NCBI GenBank assembly: GCA_028683655.1
Contig: JAQUHK010000001.1
Location: forward strand, 11,526 to 75,525
Source of the DNA: Alphaproteobacteria bacterium
GTDB taxonomy: Bacteria; Pseudomonadota; Alphaproteobacteria; UBA9219
Reading direction: 5' to 3'
DNA length: 64,000 bases
The notes under the pieces are model-generated. The model worked only from the letters and a program-made list of their open reading frames with translations, did no database searches and was not told the DNA's origin. A program made the position numbers and the translations under genes. This document shows, piece by piece, positions 47,411 through 58,476 of the stretch (the stretch's first letter is position 1; every line of letters begins with the position of its first letter).

Positions 47411-48289
47411 ATGTCCAAACGATATTTCCACAAAGGCTTGCTGTTGGTTTCATTGACATTGTTGTTTATCTCACTATCAGAACTCTCATATTCATCAAGC
47501 TCGACTTCTTCGACTCCGGAGCGGGAAGCGATGTGGATTCAATCTGTAAATCAAGCTTGCAAAATGGCTGTCGTTCAATCCGAAAAGGGTGATTGTAAAG
47601 GGGCTCTGCGACTTCTTGCCGAAGCTTCCTCCAAAATCAGTGCGATGAAAATAACCGACGAGTTCACTTCATCTGCTTATAAGGAAGCACTTCAGGCACT
47701 GGGGCGTTGTGGGGCAGTCCAGTCAGATGGTTCGGCCGAAGATACTGAAAACACTGCTATCGCCAACGAAACAGCGGCTCCGTCCAACAAGCACACCCAC
47801 CAAGAATCCGCAGGAGATCAATGTGCACACGAAGGTGAAGCGTGGCATGAGTCTTGTCCGAGTGCGCTTCTTGAAGGCAAAGTCACAAAACAATGCAAAA
47901 GGGGTCGTATTGTGACGGTGACCAACACCTGTAAAGAAGCCGAGTTCTGCGGCGATCATTTAAGTGGAACCACTTGGGTTGAAGATGGCTGTCCGGAGGG
48001 TACAATCGGCTCGATGAAATATCGTTGCAACATGGGTAAAAAATTCAGAGTTTATGAAGATCAGTACATGTGCAAAGAAACCCAATGTATCCTTCCAGAT
48101 GGCAGCACAATGGCGGTTGGGAAAAAAACAAGCAAACAATGCGGAGACGTCAGGCGTATGTTTGCTGGAACGCGTGTTTATACGGGGTTCACTGGTGATC
48201 TTGGCGTTGCCATTCTTTCCTGTCAAAACATTGGATCAAGTGCCAAGATTTTGATTAATGGCAATAGCTGTACAACAGCCAATAAATAG
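47411..48289 (+). CDS. secreted Cys-rich hypothetical protein
   Basis: Signal peptide MSKRYFHKGLLLVSLTLLFISLS. More than 20 Cys residues. Confidence 0.45.
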   Translation: MSKRYFHKGLLLVSLTLLFISLSELSYSSSSTSSTPEREAMWIQSVNQACKMAVVQSEKGDCKGALRLLAEASSKISAMKITDEFTSSAYKEALQALGRCGAVQSDGSAEDTENTAIANETAAPSNKHTHQESAGDQCAHEGEAWHESCPSALLEGKVTKQCKRGRIVTVTNTCKEAEFCGDHLSGTTWVEDGCPEGTIGSMKYRCNMGKKFRVYEDQYMCKETQCILPDGSTMAVGKKTSKQCGDVRRMFAGTRVYTGFTGDLGVAILSCQNIGSSAKILINGNSCTTANK

Positions 48290-48412
48290 GAGCCAATCCT
48301 ACCCCGTCTATGTACCGCCCAACTGCTTCGGGGCTTCACGATTGTGTATGGTTTTTGCCGTGCGTGAGCCGTTTTATTTGTGGAGCATATCACATGGTTT
48401 TGGCTTAATGCT

Positions 48413-51133
48413 TTACCCCGCTGCGCCGTGACAGTGTTTGTACTTTTTTCCGGAGCCGCAGGGGCAGGGGGCGTTGCGCGGGGTGTTGCCCCACGTGTCG
48501 GCATTCTGAGGATCGAAGGCGGCGCGCGTTGGGGCGAGGCGATAGCTTGCGGCAGCGGCGTGAGCCTGCTCCTCGGTTGGCGCATCGGGCGAGTCGGCGT
48601 GCAGTTCGTGCATTTCCTGCTGCTGACGTGCCGCAACATATTCCTCCAGCGTCGGCATGCGGATCTCGATATGCATTAGGGCACGAGTGACCTTTTCGCG
48701 CACATCGTCCAGCATCATGTGGAACAGATCGAACGCCTCGCGGCTATATTCGTTGAATGGGTCGCGCTGGCCATAGCCGCGCAGATGGATGCCTTGGCGC
48801 AGCTGGTCAAGGGCGAGCAAGTGATCCTTCCACGCAATGTCCAAAAGACCGAGCAGGGCGGCTTTTTCGGCGGTTGCCATGCGCTCTGGCCCCACCAAGG
48901 CTTCTTTGGTGTCCATGACGTCCTTGGCCGCTTTTTGCAAGCGCTCTTCGATTTCTCTTTCGGCAATGCCTTCTTCCTTGCCCCACCGAAGGATTGGCAG
49001 GTCGAGGTTCAGGACTTCCTGCACGCGGTTTTTCAGCCCCTCCATGTCCCATTGCTCGGGATAGGAGTGGGGCGGAATGGCCTTGACGACCATGGCGTGA
49101 ATGATGTCCTCGCGCAGCTCGCGGATGGTGTCGGAAACATTTTCCGTTTCCATGATCATCTTGCGCTGTTCGTAAATCACCTTGCGCTGGTCGTTCATGA
49201 CATTGTCGAACTTCAGCAGGTTTTTACGAATGTCGAAGTTGCGGGCTTCAACCTTTTGCTGGGCTTTTTCAAGCGCGGTGCTGATCCATGGGTGGGCGAT
49301 TTTCTCGCCGTTGCGCAGCCCCAGCTTGGCCAGAACGCCTTCCATGCGCTCAGAGCCAAAGATGCGCATCAAATCATCTTCTAGCGAGAGATAGAACATC
49401 GAGGCACCCGGATCGCCCTGACGCCCAGAGCGGCCACGCAGCTGATTGTCGATGCGGCGGGATTCGTGCCGTTCGGTGCCGATCACGAACAAACCGCCAG
49501 CCTTGCGGGCAAGAATCGCATCGGCGGCGATATCGGCGCGGATTGCTTCAATCTGGCGGGCGCGTTCGGTTTCATCGGTGATGGACGAAAGCTCTTGCTC
49601 GACGCGCATATCAAAGTTGCCGCCCATCTGGATGTCGGTGCCGCGACCGGCCATGTTGGTTGCGATGGTCACCGCGCCAGAGCGTCCGGCCTGCGCGATG
49701 ATGGTGGCTTCTTGTTCGTGATAGCGGGCATTGAGCACGCTGTGCCTGACGCCGCGCTTTTTCATCAGCTCAGAGAGAATCTCCGACTTCTCAATCGACA
49801 CGGTGCCGACCAGAACTGGCTGGCCGCGCTTTTGGCAGTCCATGACGCGCTCAACGATCGCGTTGTATTTTTCGGTTAGCGTGCCGTAAACCTCGTCTTC
49901 CATGTCGAGTCGGGCGGCGGGGACGTTGGTCGGCATTTCGACGACCTCAAGCCCGTAAATCTCCGCAAACTCGGCTGCTTCGGTCATGGCCGTGCCTGTC
50001 ATGCCTGCCAGTTTGGGATAGAGGCGGAAATAGTTCTGGAACGTGATAGAGGCCAGCGTCTGGTTCTCGCGCTGGATTGAGACACGCTCTTTGGCTTCAA
50101 GGGCCTGATGCAGCCCGTCGGAGAAGCGGCGGCCATCCATCATGCGGCCCGTGAACTCGTCGATGATGATGACCTTGTCGTCCTTGACGATATAGTCCAC
50201 GTCCTTGGTGAACATCTTGTGGGCGCGAAGGGCCTGATTGACGTGATGTACAACGGTGATGTTCTGGGCATCGTACAGTCCGCCTCCGGGCGTGAGCAAA
50301 CCCGCTTCGCCCAAAAGCCGTTCAATCGTTTCGTTGCCTTGTTCGGTCAGCGTCGCCGTCTTGGCTTTTTCGTCGGCTTCATAATCTTCCTTGGCCAAAA
50401 GCGGGACTAGCGCGTCGATCTTCTGGTAAAGGTCAGAGGAATCTTCGGCGGGGCCAGAGATAATCAGCGGGGTACGCGCCTCGTCGATCAGAATGCTGTC
50501 CACCTCGTCCACGATGGCGAAGTTGAAGGGACGCTGGCACAGCTCTTCGGCGCGGAACTTCATATTATCGCGCAGATAGTCAAAGCCGAACTCGTTATTG
50601 GTGCCATAGGTAATGTCGGCGGCATAGGCGGCCTTGCGCTCTTCGTCGGTCAGGCCGTGAATGATGCAATCGGTGGTCATCCCCAAAAAGCCATAGATGC
50701 GGCTCATCCAATTGCTGTCGCGTTTGGCCAGATAATCGTTGACGGTGACAACATGCACGCCCTTGCCGGTCAGCGCGTTGAGATAAACGGGCAGGGTGGC
50801 GACCAGCGTCTTGCCTTCGCCCGTCTTCATCTCGGCGATCTTGCCGCTGTGCAAGACCATGCCGCCGCGCAGCTGGACGTCGAAATGACGCTGGCCCATC
50901 ACACGCTTGGCCGTTTCGCGCACCGTGGCAAAAGCTTCGGGCAGCAAATCGTCCAGCGTCTCGCCCTTGGCTAACCGATCCTTGAACTCCGTTGTTTTGG
51001 CGCGAAGCTCCTCGTCGGTCAGCTTGATAAACTGCGCTTCCAGCGCATTGATGGTCGCAACGGTCAAATCTTGGGAACGGAGAACGCGGTCATTGTGCGT
51101 GCCAAAAAACTTGCGAGCCAAAGCGGTGAGCAT
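48413..51133 (-). CDS. secA: preprotein translocase ATPase SecA
   Basis: Full-length SecA with DEAD motor and C-terminal zinc finger [14 protein letters not shown]. The start is taken at [11 protein letters not shown]. Confidence 0.9.
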   Translation of the reverse strand: MLTALARKFFGTHNDRVLRSQDLTVATINALEAQFIKLTDEELRAKTTEFKDRLAKGETLDDLLPEAFATVRETAKRVMGQRHFDVQLRGGMVLHSGKIAEMKTGEGKTLVATLPVYLNALTGKGVHVVTVNDYLAKRDSNWMSRIYGFLGMTTDCIIHGLTDEERKAAYAADITYGTNNEFGFDYLRDNMKFRAEELCQRPFNFAIVDEVDSILIDEARTPLIISGPAEDSSDLYQKIDALVPLLAKEDYEADEKAKTATLTEQGNETIERLLGEAGLLTPGGGLYDAQNITVVHHVNQALRAHKMFTKDVDYIVKDDKVIIIDEFTGRMMDGRRFSDGLHQALEAKERVSIQRENQTLASITFQNYFRLYPKLAGMTGTAMTEAAEFAEIYGLEVVEMPTNVPAARLDMEDEVYGTLTEKYNAIVERVMDCQKRGQPVLVGTVSIEKSEILSELMKKRGVRHSVLNARYHEQEATIIAQAGRSGAVTIATNMAGRGTDIQMGGNFDMRVEQELSSITDETERARQIEAIRADIAADAILARKAGGLFVIGTERHESRRIDNQLRGRSGRQGDPGASMFYLSLEDDLMRIFGSERMEGVLAKLGLRNGEKIAHPWISTALEKAQQKVEARNFDIRKNLLKFDNVMNDQRKVIYEQRKMIMETENVSDTIRELREDIIHAMVVKAIPPHSYPEQWDMEGLKNRVQEVLNLDLPILRWGKEEGIAEREIEERLQKAAKDVMDTKEALVGPERMATAEKAALLGLLDIAWKDHLLALDQLRQGIHLRGYGQRDPFNEYSREAFDLFHMMLDDVREKVTRALMHIEIRMPTLEEYVAARQQQEMHELHADSPDAPTEEQAHAAAASYRLAPTRAAFDPQNADTWGNTPRNAPCPCGSGKKYKHCHGAAG

Positions 51134-51288
51134 AACAGGAAAACCTCGATCCAAAGACAAAAGGCCGCGTGGCCACAGGGTCTCCCCACGGCTTTCGCGC
51201 AACCGTTTCTATATGGGGGTGGGGGCGCAGAAATGCAAGACCTTCCCGCAGAAAAAGAAAAGGCTTTTTGTTCTATCCCCGCCCGTAA

Positions 51289-53394
51289 TCAGCCCAGCCG
51301 GAAGTGGGTTAACGGCTTGGGCAGCGTGGCGTGGATTTGCTCGATGATGCTGATCGCGCCGCCAACGGTGGCGGCGGCATGGACGAAGCCTTTTTGCTTC
51401 CGGCCATCATGGGCCGTATTAAGAAGCTTGTCGGCTTCTCTATCACCCAAAAAGGCCCGCATAAAAGGCTCGTGAAAAGCGTTGGGGCCACGGCCTTGAG
51501 GCTGGTGAATGTCCCCGTTCCAATAGATCATATGCGTTTGCTGCATCAGATCGGGAACAAGCGCGTGCAGAAGGTGAACAGCGGTTTGCTCGACAGCGGA
51601 ACCCTTGCCGCCAGCCGCACAGACGACGGCGTGACAGGGATGCACAATATCGACCGTCCTTGTATAGAGATCGGACACAAGTGACCATGAATCACAGGGC
51701 GGAATCTCGCTATTTTCTGTTTCAGAGGCCACCAAGGGCGGTGTGCTGGTACAGATGGAATGGACGCCGTTTGCTTGCCGATAGGTCATGTGATAGGCCC
51801 CCATGGCGTGCTTGTCACCGCCGCCGGAGCTAATGGCATGGCCGTTTTGTGCGGCGTAGTTAGCCAGTTCCCGAAGGAAGGTCAGGTTGACAAGATTGTC
51901 GTTGCTGGCCGAGGTAAAGGCCGCGAGGGTTAGAAGGTTCTGAACGGGATCTATGCCGCCCTGATTGCACTGGGTGTTCAGGGTGTGGTGGGCGTTAAAG
52001 TGCCGGTAATCACGCAGGCTGTGGGCCAGAATCTCTTTGGCGGCGGCTTCCATATCGCCCAGTTTTTTGCCGCGCACGATGTGCATATCACTGAAAGCGA
52101 GATGCTCACATTTTGCGTTGAGTTTAAGTGGCTTTCTGTCAAAAAAGGGCTGGCGGACATATCGTTTGGCCATGCCCATATTGGCGAGATAGGTCAAAAG
52201 GTCGAGCTTTTGGGTCCAGCTTCCGTCATCCAGCACGATCAGGGGTTTGCTCATTTCTGCGGCTTCAAAATCGCGCACCGTGGCCGTGGCCAAAAGTTGA
52301 AACCCCATTTGCAATTGTTCGCGCGGGGACAGGCCCGTCAGCGGATAAAAAATACGGGCATCGGCTTTTTCATAAGCAGCCAAAGGGTTAATCGCCTGAA
52401 TCATACGCGCCCGTGGTGGTGCGTTCTTGGGAAGGAGGCGCGGCACGGGTGGTTTTTTGGCTTCGTAAACACGGAATGAGCCTATATCCACTTTCTGGCG
52501 TTTAAGGGAAATAGGGGCACGTGGTGCGTCGGCAGGAAGGCCCGTTAAATGTTCGTACATGGTCATAACCAACGCGCGGCGCACGCTGTGGCCCGTCAGG
52601 AATTCTTCAAATTTCTTGATGTTCGGGGTGCCGTTAAAAGCTGGAGCGGATAAAAACTCAGCGGTAAGATTGATTTGGCTGGGGTCGAGGAGAAAGGGCT
52701 TTTTAAGGTTGCCATTTGTGGCCAAATGAAGGGGAACGGATAGATCCAGTTTGGTCGGACCTGCCTCAACGGCTGTGCCCAGCCTGTAAAAGGAAGCGGC
52801 GACTTGGTCAATAAGCTCGATAATATCTTTGGGTTTGTATCCCGATTCAAGGGCCGAGGTGCGAATCCAATTCACAAAGTTCTCTATGCTGACCGCTGCG
52901 ATGATCGGGCCTGTTTCTGCGCCCGGACCGGCGTTCTTACCATGGTTGTCGGCACTGTTCAGAACCTCTTCGGGGACCAAAGGCACATGTTTTTTGCGCA
53001 GGATGTCCCAAACTTCTTTGGGGACCTCAAGCGTGCTGTCTTCGCCCATAAAAAGGATATTGTTCGGAATGAAGGACAGAGCGTAATCGGCACAGACTTC
53101 TTTAATCAGTTTTTGATAAGCAGGGTTGGTCTGGAACTCGCTGACCTTGTCTTTGATCGCGCGTGTTTTTTGAAGGCTGTTTTCAACGCGGCTGCCCGTA
53201 TCTTCCGGCGCGGCGTGATAGGCGGCGAGAATGGTGTTCAGGCTTAAATAAAGTATAGGCACATTATTCGCGCGGGCGATGGCGTTATAATGTTCCAGCT
53301 TTTCATTGGTCGAGGTGGCGACGAAGCAGATAAAGGGTCCTGCGTTTTTGATGCCGCACTGTGCCGTTGATGTATTTTTAAGTGGCTTGTTCAT
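51289..53394 (-). CDS. large cytoplasmic hypothetical protein (701 aa)
   Basis: Long ORF with good coding statistics. No signal peptide. No family confidently recognised; only a weak Ham1/Maf-like resemblance at the N-terminus. Confidence 0.55.
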   Translation of the reverse strand: MNKPLKNTSTAQCGIKNAGPFICFVATSTNEKLEHYNAIARANNVPILYLSLNTILAAYHAAPEDTGSRVENSLQKTRAIKDKVSEFQTNPAYQKLIKEVCADYALSFIPNNILFMGEDSTLEVPKEVWDILRKKHVPLVPEEVLNSADNHGKNAGPGAETGPIIAAVSIENFVNWIRTSALESGYKPKDIIELIDQVAASFYRLGTAVEAGPTKLDLSVPLHLATNGNLKKPFLLDPSQINLTAEFLSAPAFNGTPNIKKFEEFLTGHSVRRALVMTMYEHLTGLPADAPRAPISLKRQKVDIGSFRVYEAKKPPVPRLLPKNAPPRARMIQAINPLAAYEKADARIFYPLTGLSPREQLQMGFQLLATATVRDFEAAEMSKPLIVLDDGSWTQKLDLLTYLANMGMAKRYVRQPFFDRKPLKLNAKCEHLAFSDMHIVRGKKLGDMEAAAKEILAHSLRDYRHFNAHHTLNTQCNQGGIDPVQNLLTLAAFTSASNDNLVNLTFLRELANYAAQNGHAISSGGGDKHAMGAYHMTYRQANGVHSICTSTPPLVASETENSEIPPCDSWSLVSDLYTRTVDIVHPCHAVVCAAGGKGSAVEQTAVHLLHALVPDLMQQTHMIYWNGDIHQPQGRGPNAFHEPFMRAFLGDREADKLLNTAHDGRKQKGFVHAAATVGGAISIIEQIHATLPKPLTHFRLG

Positions 53395-53480
53395 GCTGTC
53401 CTGTATGCTTTAAATTATTCACTCAAATAAATTGGGTTAGATAGGTAAAAGGCGCGGTTTGATCCGCGCCTTTGGTAGTG

Positions 53481-53933
53481 TCAATCGACCATAATATCTT
53501 CATTCCAAAGCTCGGGCTTGTCCTTGATGAATTGCTCCATCATGGCGATACAGGTGGGATCGTTCGCGATCACAACATCGACGCCACGCGATTTCAGGAA
53601 CTCTTCGTTGCCGCCAAAGGTGGTGTTTTCGCCGATCACGACGCGGGGAATGCCGAACTGGACCGTGGTGCCCGAACACATCATGCAGGGCGACAGGGTG
53701 GTATAAAGCGTGGTGTCCTTATAGGTGCGCTGGCGGCCCGCGTTAAAGAAAGCGTCCATTTCGCCGTGCAGGATGGGATTGTCTTTTTGAACGCGCTGGT
53801 TGTGCCCTGCGCCGATGACCTCATCGCCGCGCACCAAAACCGCACCGATGGGAATGCCACCTTCCGAAAGGCCTTTTTGAGCTTGTGCGACGGCCAGAGA
53901 AAGGAACTTCTTGTCGGCTTCGGTCATAGGCAT
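53481..53933 (-). CDS. nucleoside deaminase (CMP/dCMP-type zinc deaminase; TadA/guanine-deaminase-like)
   Basis: HGEMDA...PCMMCSG zinc-binding motifs. Confidence 0.8.
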   Translation of the reverse strand: MPMTEADKKFLSLAVAQAQKGLSEGGIPIGAVLVRGDEVIGAGHNQRVQKDNPILHGEMDAFFNAGRQRTYKDTTLYTTLSPCMMCSGTTVQFGIPRVVIGENTTFGGNEEFLKSRGVDVVIANDPTCIAMMEQFIKDKPELWNEDIMVD

Positions 53934-54076
53934 GGGCGGCTCCGTGCTGGTTGAGGGCGTTAACCATGAGCCGGTGCTCATGGCGATCCGTTAGCGCGTC
54001 TTATACATCCTCGCACCCTGCAAGAAAACCTGTTTCATTACTTTCACGAAAGGAGGTTGGTGGTGGGCCTATAAAC

Positions 54077-54248
54077 TTCTCCCCCCTGGCGGGGGAGAAA
54101 GCAAAATCTTAGGCTTACGAAGTAAGTCTTAGATTTTGCAAGAGTGGGGGTAAGACCCAGCGGCCTCTTTTACCCCCTCACCAGCAAAATCTAAGACTTG
54201 CCAAGCGGCAAGCCTAAGATTTTGCAACCTCTCCCGCAGGGGGAGAGG
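54077..54248. repeat. array of five imperfect palindromic elements (REP/MITE-like)
   Basis: TTCTCCCCCCTGGCGGGGGAGAA. Two copies of a ~40-bp hairpin built on GCAAAATCT(T/A)AG(G/A)CTT. CCTCTCCCGCAGGGGGAGAGG. Confidence 0.6.
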
Positions 54249-54260
54249 GCAAGAGAGGGA

Positions 54261-56156
54261 TTATCCCCTCTTAAACTCAGGGACGAGCTCTTCAAGGCGG
54301 GCGATGGCGGCGGTTTCGGTCATGCCGGCTTGGAGCAGGGTGGCAAAATTGTTGATGGATTGCTGAAGCTGGGGCAGCTCGACCGTCGGTGATTTGGCCA
54401 GAAACACGCCGTCAACGCCCGCGTGAATCAGCTCCTCGGACGGCGAGAACAACTCCTCATACAGCTTTTCACCCGGACGCAGGCCTGTGAACTCGATCTT
54501 GATATCCTCATCGGGGCGCAGGCCGGCAAGGCGGATCATCTGCCGCGCCAGATCGACGATTTTTACGGGCTGGCCCATGTCCAGAACCATGACTTTGCCG
54601 CGCACCTCGCTGGGCTGGATTCCAAACGCCATGGCTTGTAGCACGAGCTCCACCGCCTCGCGAACCGTCATGAAATAGCGGGTAATGTCGGGATGCGTGA
54701 CGGTGATGGGCCCGCCTTTGGCCAGCTGGTCTTGAAAACGCGGCACGACCGAGCCGGTGGAGCCCAGCACATTGCCAAAGCGCACGGTGACAAAGCGCGA
54801 GGCGGGAGAGAGAATGTCGAGGGCCTGAATATACATCTCGGCCAGCCGCTTGGTCGCGCCCATGACGTTGGTGGGGTAAACCGCCTTGTCGGTGGAGATC
54901 ATCAGCATCGCCTCCGCGCCCGACTGGGCCGCGCAATCCGCGACGATATGCGTGCCGACGGCGTTGGTCAAAATGGCTTCGCGGGCGTTGAATTCGGCGA
55001 TGGGCACATGCTTGATGGCGGCAGCGTGAAAGACTAGCTCCGGTTTTTCATCCTTGAAAATCTGGACAAGGCGCGTGCGGTCGCGCACGTCGGCCAGATA
55101 GGCGCGTTTGCTGACCAGCGGAAAGCTTTCGGTCAGCTCCATCTCGATCTTGTAAAGGTTGAACTCGCACAGATCGAGCACGGTCATATGCGCTGGAGCC
55201 AGCGCGGCAATCTGGCGCACGAGTTCGGAGCCGATGGTGCCGCCCGCGCCCGTAATCAGCACGCGCTTGCCCGTAATCAGCTTGGTGATCGCCTCGCGGT
55301 TCAAGATGGTTTCAGGGCGGCCCAAAAGGTCTTCCAGAGCCAGCGGCTGATCGGGCAGCCTTGCGCTGCGCACATCGTTTTGCAGCTCGGTCAGGGCAGG
55401 AAGGCGCGAGAGTTTAAGCCCCAGCGTTGTGCATTGATCCAAGAGGGTGGCCATCATGGCCGCATTCATGCGCGTGGTCGAGCGCGTGATGACAAGGCGG
55501 CTGGGGGCCATGTTCTTCTCGCGCAGTTTCTCGATAATGTCGGCAAGCTCGGCGACGGTGCCCAGTACCTTGATGCTATGCACATTGCGGCCTACGCGCT
55601 TGTCGTTTTCACCGATGATCCCGACGATGCGGAAAGGGGCCTGCGGGTTGCTGGCCACCGCGCGGATGAACAGGTCGGCCTCGTCGCCCGCGCCGACCAA
55701 CAGGACATTGACGCGCCCGCCGCCCGATTTCTCCCAAAGGGCAGAAAGGCGACGCTCACGCAAAAGGCGCAGGAACAGGCGCGAGCCGCCCAGAAAGGCG
55801 AGCAGGATAAACCAGACGATGACGGGCAGCGTGCGGGGCACGCCCTCAAGCCGCATGACGAAAAAGGCGACCATGGTGAAGGCGACAACGGCGATGGATA
55901 CGGCTTGGAAAATGCGCTTCAAATCGCTGACGGACGAAAAGGCCCAGATGCCGCGATAAAGGCCGCTGGCCAGAAAGACAACGGTGCAAGTCACGGTAAA
56001 CAAGCCGCCACCGGCGAGAATCAGGCTGACAGGCGTGGTGACGATATCGTCCCCGACGCGCAGGTAAAGGGCCAGCAAATAAGCCAAAGCGGCCATAACG
56101 ATATCGTGCGCAAGCGCAAGGCCAAAACGGTTCAGGCGGGGAAGGGGCAGTTTCAT
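54261..56156 (-). CDS. membrane-bound UDP-sugar 4,6-dehydratase (WbpM/PglF/CapD family)
   Basis: Four N-terminal TM helices. VLITGAGGTIGSEL NAD-binding motif and CapD-like catalytic domain. Confidence 0.85.
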   Translation of the reverse strand: MKLPLPRLNRFGLALAHDIVMAALAYLLALYLRVGDDIVTTPVSLILAGGGLFTVTCTVVFLASGLYRGIWAFSSVSDLKRIFQAVSIAVVAFTMVAFFVMRLEGVPRTLPVIVWFILLAFLGGSRLFLRLLRERRLSALWEKSGGGRVNVLLVGAGDEADLFIRAVASNPQAPFRIVGIIGENDKRVGRNVHSIKVLGTVAELADIIEKLREKNMAPSRLVITRSTTRMNAAMMATLLDQCTTLGLKLSRLPALTELQNDVRSARLPDQPLALEDLLGRPETILNREAITKLITGKRVLITGAGGTIGSELVRQIAALAPAHMTVLDLCEFNLYKIEMELTESFPLVSKRAYLADVRDRTRLVQIFKDEKPELVFHAAAIKHVPIAEFNAREAILTNAVGTHIVADCAAQSGAEAMLMISTDKAVYPTNVMGATKRLAEMYIQALDILSPASRFVTVRFGNVLGSTGSVVPRFQDQLAKGGPITVTHPDITRYFMTVREAVELVLQAMAFGIQPSEVRGKVMVLDMGQPVKIVDLARQMIRLAGLRPDEDIKIEFTGLRPGEKLYEELFSPSEELIHAGVDGVFLAKSPTVELPQLQQSINNFATLLQAGMTETAAIARLEELVPEFKRG

Positions 56157-57172
56157 GATGATTTATTTGTTCCGGCAAGAAGACTCAGTTTCGCCAAAAG
56201 AAGGCCAAGGACTCCTACACCAAGGGCAAGGCCAAGCCAAGGGTTTCTCATGGCGCCATAGGCGCTGCCTAACAAAAAAACATTTCCCGCCGCAATCCAC
56301 AGAACAACGGGCACCGGCGATCCGGTGCCGCTCGTGGCGCGCTGATAAAAGTGGGTGCGGTGGGGCTGCCATATTTTCTCGCGGCGCAGGGCGCGGCGGG
56401 TGATCGTGATCCCGCTATCCGCCAGATAATAAAGCGGGATAAGAAGGGCGGGGATGAGGTGTCCGGCGCAAGCCAGTTTGAGCAACAGAAAGCCGATCAC
56501 AAAACCAAGCGGCACGCTGCCCACATCGCCAAGGAAGATTTGCGCGGGGTGCCAGTTCATTTTAAGGAAACCAAGAGCCGCGCCGCATACCAGTGCGGCA
56601 AGAAGAAGGGGAAAGATCATCTCGCCCGAAGAAAGGGGATAGAGGAGGAGGCCAACCCCCGCCGCGCAGCAAGCCGTTTGCATGCCCGTGATGCCGTCGA
56701 TGCCGTCCATGAAGTTCGTGAGATTCATAAACCAGCCCCAGCCTAGGATCATGACAAGGCGATCAAGCCAAAAGGGCAGGGCACCGCCCAAGACCATCGC
56801 CTGATCGCCGCCAAGGGAATCAAGGGCAAAACTGCCGATCAGCGCGGCGAGCAGGTGGGTGGCAAGCCGAATGCCCGCGCCCAAACTCCTTCGGTCATCC
56901 ATCCATGAAATGGTGACAAGCAACGCAAGCGCGGCCAAGAGCAGCAGGGTTGGCTCCAGCGAGGTTGTGTCGATCAGCAAAAGAAGCCCCGCCCCAATCG
57001 TAGCCACAACCGCAAGGCCGCCCCCGCGCGGCACAGGCACGCTGTGCATACTGCGCTCGTTGGGCGTGTCCATGACCTGCTTGGCCAGAAGATAGCGGCG
57101 CACCCGCAAAGTCAAAAGATGACAGGTGCAGGCCGCAGCGAGCGTGATAAAGAAGAGCGTCGGCAGGAGCAT
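56153..57172 (-). CDS. undecaprenyl-phosphate HexNAc-1-phosphate transferase (GT4, WecA/WbpL/MraY family)
   Basis: Polytopic. DTPNERSMHSVPVPRGGG motif. Confidence 0.8.
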   Translation of the reverse strand: MLLPTLFFITLAAACTCHLLTLRVRRYLLAKQVMDTPNERSMHSVPVPRGGGLAVVATIGAGLLLLIDTTSLEPTLLLLAALALLVTISWMDDRRSLGAGIRLATHLLAALIGSFALDSLGGDQAMVLGGALPFWLDRLVMILGWGWFMNLTNFMDGIDGITGMQTACCAAGVGLLLYPLSSGEMIFPLLLAALVCGAALGFLKMNWHPAQIFLGDVGSVPLGFVIGFLLLKLACAGHLIPALLIPLYYLADSGITITRRALRREKIWQPHRTHFYQRATSGTGSPVPVVLWIAAGNVFLLGSAYGAMRNPWLGLALGVGVLGLLLAKLSLLAGTNKSS

Positions 57173-57220
57173 TGTACCTCTCAGACATCAAGAATTGGGG
57201 CTAACCTCAAAGGGAATTTG

Positions 57221-58135
57221 TCATTTATCCTTTGTGTTTTGACGGGCGGCAATCGCCTCCCCCAGCCCTTCGTGCCAGTCGGGCTGGGCGAGGCCATAAC
57301 GTTCCTGTGTTTTGCGGCAATCAAGCGCGGTGCGCAAGGGGTCGCGCAGCGGCGAGTCGATCTCGCTGCTCATGGTGGCGGTCAGCGTCGGGCCTCGTCC
57401 TGTTCGAATGGCATAAATATCGCGCACAGTACAGCCGAAATCATAGACGGAAAGGGCAGGTGTCCCACAGAAGTGATAGGTGCCGAACCCATCCACTTTT
57501 CCGCCCAGAAGCTCTTGGGCGATATGCACAAGAGCGCGGGCCAGATCAGGCGCATAAGTTGGGGCAAAGAACCTGTCCACAGGCAACCGCAGCGGCCCTT
57601 CGCCGTCAAGTTGGCCCAGCAAGCGCGTCAGCGGATTTTGCGGTGCCTTCACAGCACTGAAAACGCCAGAGCTGCGCACAATGACATGCCATGCCAGCTC
57701 GTGGCGCAGGGCTTCCTCGCCCATCATTTTGCTGCCGCCATAGGTGGAGAGCGGGTTCATCTTGTCGTCGGGGGTATAGGGCGCGGCTTGGCGGCCATCG
57801 AAGACAAGATCGGTCGAAAGCTGGATCATCGGCACATCAAGGACCGAAGCTTGCGCCGCCATTTGGGCTGGCGCATGAAAATTGACCGCCATGGCCGCCG
57901 CTTCGTTGGCTTCGGCCTTGGCGATGTCGCTCATTTCGGCGGCGTTGAGAATAAGTGAGGGTGCCGTATCCTGAATGAAGCCGCGCAGCTGGGCCGGATT
58001 GGCAATATCGCACGCCGCGCGGCTTGGCGCGCAGAGCGTCCACGAAACCGGCCATGCGTCTGTTTGAGTCAAAGCCTGCAAGGCTTGCCCCACCGGACTA
58101 CTAATCCCGAAAAGGAGGAAGCGTTCTGGAGTCAT
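57221..58135 (-). CDS. NAD(P)-dependent sugar-nucleotide reductase/epimerase (RmlD-like)
   Basis: STDLVFDG....PYTPDD..NPLSTYGGSKMMGEE resembles dTDP-4-dehydrorhamnose reductase. Confidence 0.6.
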   Translation of the reverse strand: MTPERFLLFGISSPVGQALQALTQTDAWPVSWTLCAPSRAACDIANPAQLRGFIQDTAPSLILNAAEMSDIAKAEANEAAAMAVNFHAPAQMAAQASVLDVPMIQLSTDLVFDGRQAAPYTPDDKMNPLSTYGGSKMMGEEALRHELAWHVIVRSSGVFSAVKAPQNPLTRLLGQLDGEGPLRLPVDRFFAPTYAPDLARALVHIAQELLGGKVDGFGTYHFCGTPALSVYDFGCTVRDIYAIRTGRGPTLTATMSSEIDSPLRDPLRTALDCRKTQERYGLAQPDWHEGLGEAIAARQNTKDK

Positions 58136-58476
58136 GGGGACTTCTTTCCTTTCAAGGAGAGTGAAGGGGTAGCGTATAGGTGACTTTTACCGTTTTTTGT
58201 GGAATGTTGCATAAATAAGATCATGAGGACGACAACGGAAAGAAGTTTTCGTCTTTCCGGAGAAACTTTCTCTTCGACGCTGCTTAGCGGCGAAAGAAAG
58301 TTTAATCCGGAATCCAGTTTTACTCTGAAACATTCACTGGATTCCGGATCTGCGCACCTCAGCCCTCACGGGCTTCGGCACTTGTCCGGAATGACGATTT
58401 GTATTTGCTGTAGGCTTTCTAGGAGCCATCAAACGCTTGTTGCCCTCTTTTATCGAAAGAAAGGTGCCTTCTGTCA

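Noticed and set aside
48719-50410. Several plus-strand ORFs of 100-220 aa inside secA
   Set aside because: All antisense to the unambiguous secA.
55188-56261. 357-aa plus-strand ORF overlapping the WbpM-like gene
   Set aside because: Antisense shadow. Arg/Gly/Ala/Asp-rich low complexity.
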